A program made the translations under genes and the position numbers. Under the pieces are notes generated by a model, which had not been told where the DNA came from, ran no database searches, and was given only the letters and a program-made list of their open reading frames with translations. Of a stretch of DNA of 64,000 nucleotides, positions 41,071-57,295 are shown one piece after another. The stretch comes from the human T2T-CHM13v2.0 reference genome, Homo sapiens: assembly GCF_009914755.1 (NCBI RefSeq), contig NC_060925.1; one strand, 5' to 3'. Each line of letters starts with the position of its first letter. The first letter of the stretch is position 1.

Positions 41071-41295
41071 AAAAGACCTAAATAACAAAACCTGAAAAGT
41101 CTCCAGTGACTTCTCACTACTCTTCCATTCTTGCTCTGGCCTAATGGTCAGTATATCTGGTCCTTCTCTGCCTTATCTCAAGCCACTCTCCTCCCGTTAC
41201 CTCTCTATATTAGCTTCTCTACTCTGGAAAACTTTCTCCTGCCCCCAGGCCTTCAGAAACACCCTTTTCTGTTAGATAGATAGGCATTTTCTCGA

Positions 41296-43166
<1,871 letters not shown>

Positions 43167-43351
43167 CTATTTGTACTCATGACCTAAGAGTTCAAGAGTT
43201 TTACAAATAAATGTTCAGTTCAAAATTCTAAGTTATTGAACCAGATGGAATCATGTTATTAAGAACTCAACAGGAAAATGTAAATAAATTATCTATGTGC
43301 TCACTAATGAATTTATGATGAGCTCCAACACACAAAAGACATCAACAGTAC

Positions 43352-43566
43352 CTTGAATGACTCCGGCTTCTGGAGTAGGACCGGCGTCGTCTGGAACCTG
43401 GCTTGTCTTCAACTAATCTGATTTTTCTCCCATTGACTTCAGTTCCATCCAACTTTTCCAAAGCTCTTTTCATATCAGAATAAGATACAAATTCAATCAC
43501 CCCTTCATTTTTGCGTCCCTTGTGAGCATCTGCATAAGTCACTTCTCCTGCCTGACGCATATAATC
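43352..43566 (-). CDS. SRSF4: SRSF4 exon 4 (215 nt, RRM2 and start of RS domain)
   Basis: Acceptor tttttcttcAG; [54 protein letters not shown]; donor AAG|GTACTG. Confidence 0.98.
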
Positions 43567-43804
43567 CTGAAGAAAAAAAAAAGTGTGACTACATTAGGAT
43601 ATGTTTTGCTAAAATATCTAATGCAATCATCTGAGTGAATTTTTCCTTTAAGAAATGCCAGCATTCCGCAGAATAAAGTTTACTCTTAAATATTTTCATC
43701 TACCCATCAATCATGTACTGAGGTTCTTTAAAGCACCAGCCATATTAGGTGGGTGGGAGAGACAATAAATACACATTAAATTGTTCCTTTAAATAAAGTT
43801 TTGG

Positions 43805-45023
43805 GGCCAAGTGTGGTGGCTCATGCCTGTAATCCCAGCACTTTGACAAGCTGAGGCGGGAGGATTGCTTGATCCCAGGAATTCAAGACCAGCCTTGACA
43901 ACACAGAAGACCCTATCTCTACAAAAATTGAAAAAATTAGTCAGGTGTAGTGGCACACGCCTGTGGTCCCAGCTACCCAGTAGGATGAGGTGGGAGGATC
44001 ATCTGAGCCCAAGGAGGTTGAGGCTGCAGTGAGCCGTGATCATGCCACTGCACTCCAGCCTGGGGTACAGAGCAAGACCCTACCTCAAAACAAAAAAATA
44101 AAGTTTTGTGTGAATATAGAAGTTTTCAGTTAGCTATCATCTTCTAAATTTAAAAACAAACAAAAAACAGAGTCTTGCTTTGTCGCTCAGGCAGCTGGAG
44201 TGCAGTGATGTGACCTCGGCTCACTGCAACCTCTGCCTCCCAGGTTCAAGTGATTCTGTGCCTCAGCCTCCCCAACAGCTGGAACTGCAGGTCCGCGCCA
44301 CCATACCCAGCTGATTTTTTGTGTTTTCATTAGAGATGGGGTTTTGCCATATTGCCTAGGCTGGTCTCAAACTCCTGAGCTCAGGCAATCCACCTGCCTC
44401 AGCCTCCCAAAGTGCTAGGATTATAGGCATGGGTCACTGTGCCCAGCCCATTTTCTAAATCTTATAGTGACAAATTATTTGTTTATAACCATCATGTCCC
44501 TTCAATACCACAGGCCTCTTTCCTCATTCTCTTTGAGGACTTCCTATGGTTCAATGAGAGAATACAACTAATGTCCTAGACAAATGCTAAAGCATTATAT
44601 AAATAAGAGGAGATATGATTAGGAGGTTGCAGTGAGCCGAGATAGTGTCACTGCACTCCAGCCTGCTGACAGAGCGGGACTCCATCTCAAAAAACAAAAC
44701 AAAACAGAACAAAAAGAAATTTATTTTTGGCCAGGTGCAGTGGCTCACACCTGTAATCCCAACACCTTGGGAGGCCAAGGCCAGGAGATCACCTGAGGTC
44801 AGGAGTTTGTGACCAGCCTGGCAACTTTGTGAAACCTTGTCTCTACTAAAAATACAAAAATCAACCAGACGTGGTGGCAGGCGCTTGTAACCCCAGCTAC
44901 CTGGGAGGCTGAGGCATGAAAATCGCTTGAACCCAGGAGGTGGAAGTTGCAGTGAGCGAGATTGTGCCACTGCATTCTAGCCCAGGCGACAGAGCAAGAC
45001 CTTCGTCTCAAAAAAAAAAAAAA
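43805..45023. mobile_element. Alu cluster in SRSF4 intron 3 (plus ~43805-44100, minus ~44150-44448, plus ~44622-45023)
   Basis: Alu consensus segments. Confidence 0.9.
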
Positions 45024-45386
45024 ATTTATTTTTTAAACTACTAATATCCCCTAATTTGTTTTATTTTTGCATTTCCTTGATAAATAGCTAACATACATTG
45101 TGCCAGAAACTGTTCTAGGCTTTTTATATATAAAATTCACTAAATTCTTTCAATAACCTTGAGTAGAAATTAGTATTAACCCCATTTTATAGTTGAGGAA
45201 TATGAGGCATAAGATGTAAGTAACTTGCTAAGGGTCATGTAAGTGACCTTAGTGGCAGAACCAGGATTCTATTCAGGTTGGCCACCTTGAGAGCTAGGAA
45301 ATCTGCTCAATTATCTATTACTCTCGTTTCCTGAGAGTGGAACTGCCTGAAGGTACAGACATGTAGAACCAACTAAGGGTGGTAAC

Positions 45387-45962
45387 TGTTGGGGACCAGC
45401 CTCAACACCACCCGTAGGGTACCCAAAGTCTGGTGGCGACGAAGGAATGAGAAGAGAGAGGTTAAGAGTGCATAAAGAGTGGGGGCCAGGGGGCCAATTG
45501 CAAAATGGAGGCTGCAAAAGGCTCAGAGTTCTGGTCTCCACACTATTTACTGAGTACAATCACTTAGATCTAAGAAGCAGACATTCAGGACGAAACGGTG
45601 AAAGGCAGGCAGTGCTGAAAGGAAGGCAGTGCGTCATACACGTAATCTACAGCAGTGGCAGTTTAAATGAATCTCCTTTGTGCTTAGACAGCATATCTTT
45701 AACTTATCGGAGAGTAGCTGGTGGGAGCGAGCTTAACTAGGAGCCTGCATGTCTGGCCACATTCCAGTGCTTCAAAGGAGTGTCTTTCTCCTTGAACACA
45801 GTGTTTATGGATAAGAGAGCAAGTCTTGCTGAGAGCATGGGAACATAATGGTGATAAGGCTTTCCTCCTCCCACAAGAGGCCTCTTGTGGCTTTGCACAA
45901 TTTATTGTCCCATATTTTTATGGCCAGTTTATACAGGCACCCCATAAGCCTTTCCCCCAACA
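45387..45962 (-). mobile_element. Solo ERVK-class LTR (LTR14C-like) in SRSF4 intron 3
   Basis: Terminal inverted repeats TGTTGGGG...CCCCAACA, exact 5-bp TSD GTAAC on both sides, 576 bp; minus-strand start resembles the recalled LTR14C consensus. Confidence 0.8.
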
Positions 45963-46543
45963 GTAACTAAGCTCTGTTCTAACAAAAAAATTAAGAGGTT
46001 TTCTAAGAAGTTAATTTAATATTACATTTAGTGGCACTACATGACGAGTTAGCATTCTACTGATGAAGAGAGTAGCTTTCCAGTTTCTACCCATGATGTT
46101 CAATCCCTAACTCTCAGAATACTGGAGTCATTCCTTCAGCAAGCAGAATCTTGCTGGCAGACATTCAGTAAAGGTCTGCTACGGTGCTGACGATAAGCAT
46201 GATGCACCTGAAAAAACAGCAGACTGGGAGTCAGGAGTCCTGGTCCCAGCTCTTCTGCATGTTACTTGAAGGTTGCTGGGATTAAATTTTAAAAAGAAAA
46301 ACAAAAAAGTGCTTTAAATTAAACTATACAAATGTAAAGGATTCCTAACTATTCTTTCCTGAACCTAAATACACTTCACTCATTTGGCTAGAGATGACTT
46401 GTTTAAATATGGCCAAAAAAAGCGAGAAGGGAGACAGAAAACAAAACCTGTTTCATGCATCCTCCTAAGACCATTCAGATTATGATACTGCTCAGTAAGT
46501 TTTTCTTCCTATTGAGATTAAAAACACTGTTGTCAATAAGTGG

Positions 46544-47810
<1,267 letters not shown>

Positions 47811-48029
47811 CACAAATGTGTCCTTAGAATGATGGTCCCACAATGTATAGCAGGAATATAATTCTGATATATTTTGTACTCATATGGCACTTTAATTATT
47901 TCCAGCTCTGTGCAGGCTTTCAAACATATAACACTGTATTTTGTGTATGCCTGGGCCTGCACAAATCTACCTGTTTCCCAACTTTAACTCCTGCCCAACC
48001 TTACCCCAAAAGGTTAATGGGGCCCAAAC

Positions 48030-48142
48030 CTTTAGGTCTTGCCAGCTGCACCGACTTGACAAATTCTCCACAATAAGTCTGTACTCTGTGCGAGTAGGAG
48101 GGCCATATTTATCTCGGCCACTTCTTCTATAACCATATCCAC
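48030..48142 (-). CDS. SRSF4: SRSF4 exon 3 (113 nt)
   Basis: [37 protein letters not shown], containing the SWQDLKD pseudo-RRM signature; acceptor ttccaaAG, donor AAG|GTTTGG. Confidence 0.97.
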
Positions 48143-48551
48143 CTTTGGAAGGTTCAAATAAATAAGATTATTTCAGTGGAAGAAAAGGAAAAAAAATGAC
48201 ACAGCACACACCCCCCCTTAAATATATTATTTACCCCCACCCCAAACAATAGCACGTTTTAACTCTATTCCCACCCTTAATTCTAAAATAGATTTTTAAA
48301 GAAGCAATCAGCTAAATATAAACATTTAATTTAAAAAGTTGTAAGTATACATATTCATTAATATTTGCATTTAAGATTAACATGCATAAATTTAAAACTA
48401 TTAACAATTTAACAATTTAGAAATAAGTAACCAAATTACTAAATCAGTTACTGGTGTTACTCACAGTGATTAAACATTTTGTGAATATTTTATATGGAAA
48501 AAAAAAAGATTTTCAGGCACCTATTTCAGTTTAATCTCATCTGTGTCTAAC

Positions 48552-48748
48552 CCTTGGGATCCTCACCACCCAGGTCTAATGGGGAAAGGTTGCGGTCGTC
48601 ACATGGCTTCCTGTTTTTGGTCAGCCAAGGGCCACAATGGTTCAAAGAGCCACGCATGGAAAGGTAACCCAAGGTCAGCAAATGGAACAGGCAGTCATCT
48701 TAGCCTCAAAGGATTCTTTTAATTAAAACATTGAGGTCTTTGTTAAAT
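48552..48748 (-). other. SRSF4: Candidate poison (NMD) cassette exon in SRSF4 intron 2
   Basis: First AG after a long U/GU tract (48749-48750), donor AGG|GTTAGA, in-frame TAA at 48725-48723; recalled similarity to the SRSF6 poison exon. Confidence 0.65.
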
Positions 48749-49031
48749 CTATGTTAAACAATTGCATTACAGAGAAAAAAACAACAACAACACAAACACA
48801 CATCATTAAACATATTTATAAAGTATTATAAACAAGAAATTGTCATTAGTTTAATTAAAATTAAACATTATCAAAGGCTTATTTGTAATTCTACATTTTT
48901 AAAAAAGATACATAATTTACAAAATAGCTTAAACATCAATACGTTTAAATGTAATATCAATTAATTACTTTAAAAATTAGCATGATAACAAAAGCACGTT
49001 ACTGATAAAAGTATGCCCTTTGAATGCTTAC

Positions 49032-49174
49032 TGCGTCCAGAACCGTAACTGCCATCTCGCCGTGGGCCGCGGGCATGCTCAACAATTACTCGCTCACCAC
49101 AAAGGTCTTTGCCATTCAGTTCATAAACAGCATCATCTGCATCACGCAGATCATCAAACTCCACAAAACCATAT
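49032..49174 (-). CDS. SRSF4: SRSF4 exon 2 (143 nt, RRM1)
   Basis: [47 protein letters not shown] with RNP1; acceptor ctcttctAG, donor GCA|GTAAGC. Confidence 0.98.
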
Positions 49175-50179
49175 CTAGAAGAGAGCAAAGAAAATACTGG
49201 TTGGTACCATTTTGACATCCAGCTTCACTAACATTAAAGAGAAAGCAATGAGGTTCATGCTTAGCAAAGGTTAGGTGGATTTTGCAAACTAAGGATCAAC
49301 TTTGTCTTCTCTTCAGGTGAAACCACTTTGCTTTGTGCCAACAGGCACTGAAAGAGGTAGGGAGACTTCTCAAAGTAGACTCCTATCTTTCTAGGAGGAG
49401 GCTGGCTACATACACAGGACACTTCTTTTGTTTCCCAAGTAGTTGGTGGCAACTGCAAAGACAGGGATGCTTGGTATAAGAATCCAAAATATATAATGCT
49501 ACAAGACATATAACGCTCTTTCAAACACCACATAAAACTCATCTTTTTTAGCTTTAAAAGTGGTATCTTAGAGAACAATTAGACCTACATTCAGGCACTG
49601 TGTAATAACTGTTGAATCATGTGAAAGTAAAAAACTTTTTTTTAAGGTTCCTGTTCCTCTACGTAAACACATCTGTCACATGTGATTATCAGTGAAAAAA
49701 AGACTGGAGCTGTTTACTTCCCTGTGAGATTCCAAATTCATTTCCATGAAGTTTTAGAATAGGATGGAATTCTCTGAAATCTGTATACAACTCGTGCAAA
49801 CTTCTTTAAATGGTATTGCTACATCTTTTCCAGCCAAGAGGTTTGGTGGCTTAACATATAACCAAAAGAACCCCCACCATCCTACTAATGCCTATTAAAG
49901 AGTACAATTTATATAGCTAAAGTGCAAAATTTGTAAGATACTTATAAGCAAGGTTATACAAATGCCCTGTAAATTATGTTTTCAAGAAATATTTAGTTTG
50001 GTCTGACACAGCTGTGAAAAGTCCAGCTTTGTGACCATTGCCTATATTTAAAAACCAAAACCATCTTATTGATCATAACTAATCAGAAAGGAAAGTTACA
50101 AGCAATTTCTTTAAACTCTAGTAAGGCTGTGTGTACACGGGCACACAGACTAGTGTTCCTCTGCATTTAAACACACTGA

Positions 50180-50598
<419 letters not shown>

Positions 50599-53537
50599 TG
50601 AGAACTCAGAATTGTGGAATTTTTCCTTTACTAAAGAGTTCCTTTCATACAACAGTCTCTCAAGGTGACAATGTGCTAGGTTACAATGTGTAGGTAACAA
50701 CGTTGGAGGGTTTTTTATGTTGAAATGTCTGAGTGGCACTGAATGTCAACTCCATTAAAAAAAATTAACACAGACACACCCGGTTATTTAACAGGAAGTG
50801 CCTTGCAGTAACACAATTCAGAAGCCACCTGGCTCAATTTATGGGCTGTGAAGTCTTTAAAACATAGTTTCACGCTTCCATAGGCTAGAATTGCTGAGCA
50901 GCTTAATAAGAAGGATTTTGAACATGCTGTTATCTTAGAAAAGGCAAGTAAAGCCTCTCGAAATCCCTGACTTACTATGTTCAAAAGTGCTTTACAGTGA
51001 CTAAAAATCTATTAATAGATAATATAATGTAGCTGCTTTTTCCTTTCTTAGATAGAATGGGTCATTAGGAAAACTATACTATTATTTTCAGAGACAATTT
51101 TTCTTTTAAGGCAAATAAAAAACCAACTCAACTATTTTCTACTTTGGTTTATCTCTAGATGGATTCAAAACAATAACAACAACAAAAGTGCCCTCCTGAA
51201 TTTAATTGTCAAGACCAGTCCCAAGTCTCCTCTGTCCACAGCATCACTGCTTTTGGCACCATGTGAGAGCCTGACGCCATGCGGAGGGAGGAGGGACATT
51301 TGGCCTGGGCGTGATGGAATGGCCTCCACTCCCTTCGAGTCATACTCTGGCTCGGCACTGTTCAATGACTGAATGACCAGGACTGATCTAACGTGATCTT
51401 AGAAGGACATCACCGAATCCTGAGGATTAAACAAACCACAGGAAAATACCAACTGTTTTCCTCAAAATAGTGAAGGGTTACAACTACTGGGCAGAGGGGG
51501 TGGTCACAGAATGCAACATCCTAAGCTCTGCAGGTCAACTGAAATAGAAAGCCCAGTGGCCGCTGATGGCAAGTGATGCTTCTGTCAGACCTACATGGTA
51601 ATACATTCTCCCAGACTCAAAGATCACCCTGTTCCAAGGCTCATATGCAGAACTTATCCTGACCTTTCAGAGAAAGCAGTGACAATCTGTTCAGTGGAGG
51701 CAGGTTAATTTAAAAATAAAAATTAATGTTACGACAGATGAATCTTTCTTTGCAAGCTGAGAATGAAGCAAGGCATATCTTGCCAATAAAACTTCCTTGA
51801 GTTACAGGGACAACTGGTAATGTTACAGAAAAATCCCTACAAACCTCCCCCAGTATTTACTTCTAAAAAGTTCCAACAAGTGGGTCACTTGGTAAGCCTG
51901 TTTTGGGGGTATCCAAAACATTTATTAAATTAGCTGACTTGAGATTAAATTTATTTTACAGAAAAATTTTGGCTACTATTCTGTGAAAAAATCTATTTGA
52001 AACATATCAAAGTTCAGTTCAAGGATCAAATCAGGCATCTGATTGTCACTTCTCTCTGCCATTGACATGCTGAGTGGGTTTGGAAGATTAAAACAAACAT
52101 CTTCGCATACAACAAACCATATCTGATACGGACTCTTGTTCTGAGAATAAAGCAAAGAGCAGATCAGTGTGGTTGTTTCTACCAAGTCTGCTTTACTTGA
52201 AGAATGACTTAATTTCATTCAATAAATAGAGTGAATAAGATAGAAATAAATTAAGACAGAAGACTAGATAATAAAAATAAAATGTTACCTCTGACTAAAC
52301 AATCTCTCTATTAAGCAATGGTATCGTAGTTTATATTCATAGCACCCATCAGCTAGGTACTATTATTTCTGTTTTACAAATGAAGAAATCAAGGCACAGA
52401 ATATTAAATAACTTGCATAAAAAAACCCCGCCGAGCTGGCATTCAAACCTGTGGTTTGACACCAGGGCTGAAACTCCCTAACTATTAAGACTGAAGCAGC
52501 AAGAACCGACCTGGGTTCTAGTCTTGGTTCTGCTACAAACTTTGAAGAGCAAATTTAAATCATTTTATTTCTCTGGGTCTTAGTTTATTCATGAAATGAG
52601 GGAAGTATACTGCATATCTCCAAGGCTTCGACTAACATCAAAAGCATGACAGGTTAAGTGTTAAAATTAGTGCTCCTTTGGTTTAACAATGGAGATGGGG
52701 TCTCAATATGTTATCCAGGCTGGACTTGAACTCCTGGGATCAAGGGATCCTGCGGCTTCAGCCTCCCAAGTAGCTGGGATTACAGGCACACGCCACTGTG
52801 CTGGGCTTCAAAAATGGAAAATTTAAACTCTAAAATTTGACATGCCTGCACTAGGATGGTACCACCAGACACCAACAGATGAAAAGGGATACATTTTTAT
52901 CATCTAAAATACCTTTTATGTATGGGTCCCAATTTTAGTTCATTTAAACACTTTTAACTGTTCCTGAATTAATTAGTGCCTTCAACAAAGTAAAGCTCTT
53001 CCTGGTAACTAACACTAGAGCCTTTTAAAGCCAAGCTTAACACTCCCTTTGTGCTTTGCAGCAAGTAACGTGAAACAAATCTCTTTTCTCAGAAAGCAAT
53101 CTCCTTTTGAATCCTCTGTCAGAGTAAAAAGGAATATAAAATACACACATGCATGTATACATACTATTATATGTATGCACGTGTGTACATATATGTATAT
53201 ACATCTCTGGTGTGACTTGTGAATAAGCCTCACAAAACAACCCAAGAGATAAATTTCTCTAATTCTAACAGCAGAAATCCTTCCTCTTCTGCTCTATTAA
53301 AAACAAAGAACACCTTTCAATAATTCATAGGATGCAGGAATTCAGGAGAAAGAATCTAAGACAAATGTAAAAACCCCTCCACAGCAGGGATTGACAGAAA
53401 CACAAAGAGCCCTGCGATACACTTTCAATCTTCCTCCCCTATGCATATGAAAGAATAAAAAGCATGACCTCACTATTCAATACACAACACCCTTCAAGTA
53501 AGAGAAGAAACTCCTTTCTTTAATGTTTCTCTGCAAT

Positions 53538-53740
53538 AGGTTGAGTATTCTGAATCCGAAAATCCAAAATCTGAAATGCTCGAAAATCCGAAACTTTCTG
53601 AGCAGCAACAAGATGCTCAAATTTGCTCATCAGAACATTTTGGATTTTGTTTAGGAATGCTCAACCATTAAGTACAATACAAACATTCCCAAATCCCAAA
53701 AAAAACCCTGAAATCCAAAATTCGTCTGATCCCAAGCACT
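53538..53740. mobile_element. TcMar-Tigger DNA transposon fragment (Tigger4/MER46-like)
   Basis: aggttgagtat...aatccgaaaatccaaaatctgaaatgctc...atgctcaacc pattern typical of Tigger4 derivatives. Confidence 0.65.
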
Positions 53741-55385
53741 GTGTTGTCTTTACCAAAACTATTTTCCTCTGGTCACATTCTATCCTCACAAACCTAGTCA
53801 AAAGAATGAGGGGAAGTTGCTGTCATTTTCCCTGTAAAAAAAGGCAGGCACCATGAGTCTTACCAAGTATAGACAGGTATCTGGATACCACAAACAAAAG
53901 CCACACTGAATTACATGGGCTGCTCTAAACTTTAGTCCATTCTTATCCCATTGCCAATGCGCTCATCTTCGTCATTCAATAGCTGATGTACTGCTCAGGT
54001 TATCAGTCATAATTCTGAAAAGGTAGAACTGGAATGACGTATTTTTAAAACTAAGGTACTCTAAGACTTCAACTTTTGAAATGTTAACCACACTTCTTCA
54101 GGCAAGAATTATTATCTGAGTTTGTATCCTTGCTAAATATCCTTTCTCTGATCCTAATAGCCTATACCAATGGTCCCAAACACCAAGTCTGCCCTTTGCT
54201 CTGTTATGTTCTACTGAATAGGATTTACCTCAACTCTTTTCAGAACAGCTTAGGGTCACTTCTGTATTCCAAACATCTTCACTGAACAGGGAGACTAAGT
54301 CCTGTCTGCAATCTAATACCCATGGCTTGCTCTGGAAACAGGCTGATCAATGGCTAACTGGGCAAGGCATGACTAAGGGGGTGCTCAATACCAGAAACTG
54401 CTAGGGAGTGGGTATGAGGAGCAGGGGAAAGCAAGCCTCCATGCGTGTGACCGTGGTCACCCACCAACACTGCTTACCGAGGGGCATGCCTTGGATGGTC
54501 TCTCTATAAGAAAATATGCCCCTTTCCACGGTGGATCTCTGCTCACCTTTGTCCTAAAACTGTGCCACATGCTTTTCTTTGTATGTGGACATGACAGTCC
54601 TCAGCCAACCATCAGCAGGATGTGAGTTTTGTTTTCACAATGTGGTGAGCCATTCCCACATTCACTCATTTTCCTTGTAAGAACCGAACCTCTCCATGGC
54701 TGGTCAGGATTAGGGATGTTGCTGTAGCCAAGGAAAAATTTTCATCTGTTGAAGTTAACCCACGGGGTGGCTTGAACCCTCAATCTAGAGTCAGTAGCAC
54801 TGTACTTTAAGGGGAAAGTCCTTAAATCTACCCTGAAAGAAATGGCATTCAGTGAACAGGAATCAAACAGCTTTGTTTCAAAGCACTCAGTGATGTCCTA
54901 TGCTTCAGCCAACTTGGTCTTATGAGGTAAAAAGTCAGGACACACTGATAGGACAGTACTAAAAAAACGGTAATTCTTGCTGTCTGCATAAAGTGCTTGG
55001 CAAACTGTAGAAAGACACTTCTGCAACCAACTCTAGTGCTCAGAAGAGGCCAACTCAGAGAAAAGCTTGTGAATGAGAACAGTGTAACTGCCCCGATTCC
55101 AAAGGTCTGCAACATTCCAGGGAACCAGCGTTCAGGCCCTCACAGAAGAATTAACCAATGTCACATTTACTGCTCAGGATCAGTGATTATGGTTGCAATT
55201 TGACTTTCCTGGCAACAGAGGGTTGTTTACAACCCACAACTAAAAGCTGCTACCACATGAAATGGGTTCCTGAGATCCTTTCCTTTCTTGAGACAGGAAG
55301 GAGGCTGCTCTGGGCATTGTGGCCTCTCTTTAGTCTCAGAGGAGGGAGGGCCATCAAGGCCACCTGGAGGAGGTGGATGACTTAC

Positions 55386-55569
55386 CCGTGCTCACTGAGT
55401 GGCAGAGCTGGGGTGCGACTTCAGGGCTCACCATTACCCAGTCTGGGACTCTTTTCACGTCGGCAAACTGGCAGTTCCCGCACACCAAGGGCTCTCTGAT
55501 TAGAGCTAGTGTGGATTCCTGGTCTGCAAACGTTGGCCACAGCTCAGTCTGCACTTGATCTTTCCCCAC
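55386..55569 (-). other. SRSF4: Candidate poison cassette exon in SRSF4 intron 1
   Basis: Acceptor ttttcttctttgaAG, donor CGG|GTAAGT, 184 nt, CpG-retaining, in-frame TAG at 55508-55506. Confidence 0.55.
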
Positions 55570-55891
55570 CTTCAAAGAAGAAAACCTACCTCATGATTTC
55601 TCTCTTCCGGATCCCTTGACCATCTAATTTGCTCCCAACACCTTTGTAATCACTTCTGACTATATCTTATTGGTTACCCACTGGGTCTACTGCCAAGTTC
55701 TGCAGTTTTCTCATTTGCTGGGCCTTCAGGGCTGTCTCTACCATTTGGATTAATTTATGTAATTCTAGGCTAGAGCTATTTTTACTTAGTCAACTTGTCT
55801 TTTGCATTGTGTCAGGAAAAGTCAGCTACTAAATCATTTTTTTGTTTAGAAGTCTATAACGACTCCTAAGTATCTTTATGTCACTCTCTAA

Positions 55892-57000
<1,109 letters not shown>

Positions 57001-57159
57001 TAAAGGCAGATGCTTCTCTTCCAGTCCTGTGTACAATCTTTTTTCACTCAATAAATGCTGCTGCTTGACTTAATGATACTCTAACATCAGATAAAGTCAG
57101 GCTGTAGTAAAGGTTTTTGATATAATGGGGTAAAGTCTCTAGAGAAAAAAGAAATTGAC

Positions 57160-57295
57160 CTTGGGGCAGGGTGAAGCACCTCTAAGCTGGGGGTATGTGA
57201 CAACCAGGTTACTTTCACTCGTCTTTTGGTTCCCATTAGCCAGTGTCAGCCATCTGGTCCTTCCGAAAACATGTGTGGGTTCAGAACATAACAGA
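57160..57295 (-). other. SRSF4: Candidate frameshifting cassette exon in SRSF4 intron 1
   Basis: Strong acceptor tttttcctctattcttctAG, weak donor AAG|GTCAAT, 136 nt. Confidence 0.4.

Noticed and set aside
53864-54014. Another AG/GT-bounded 151-nt segment in SRSF4 intron 1
   Set aside because: The splice sites are plausible but there is no additional support; indistinguishable from a common pseudo-exon.
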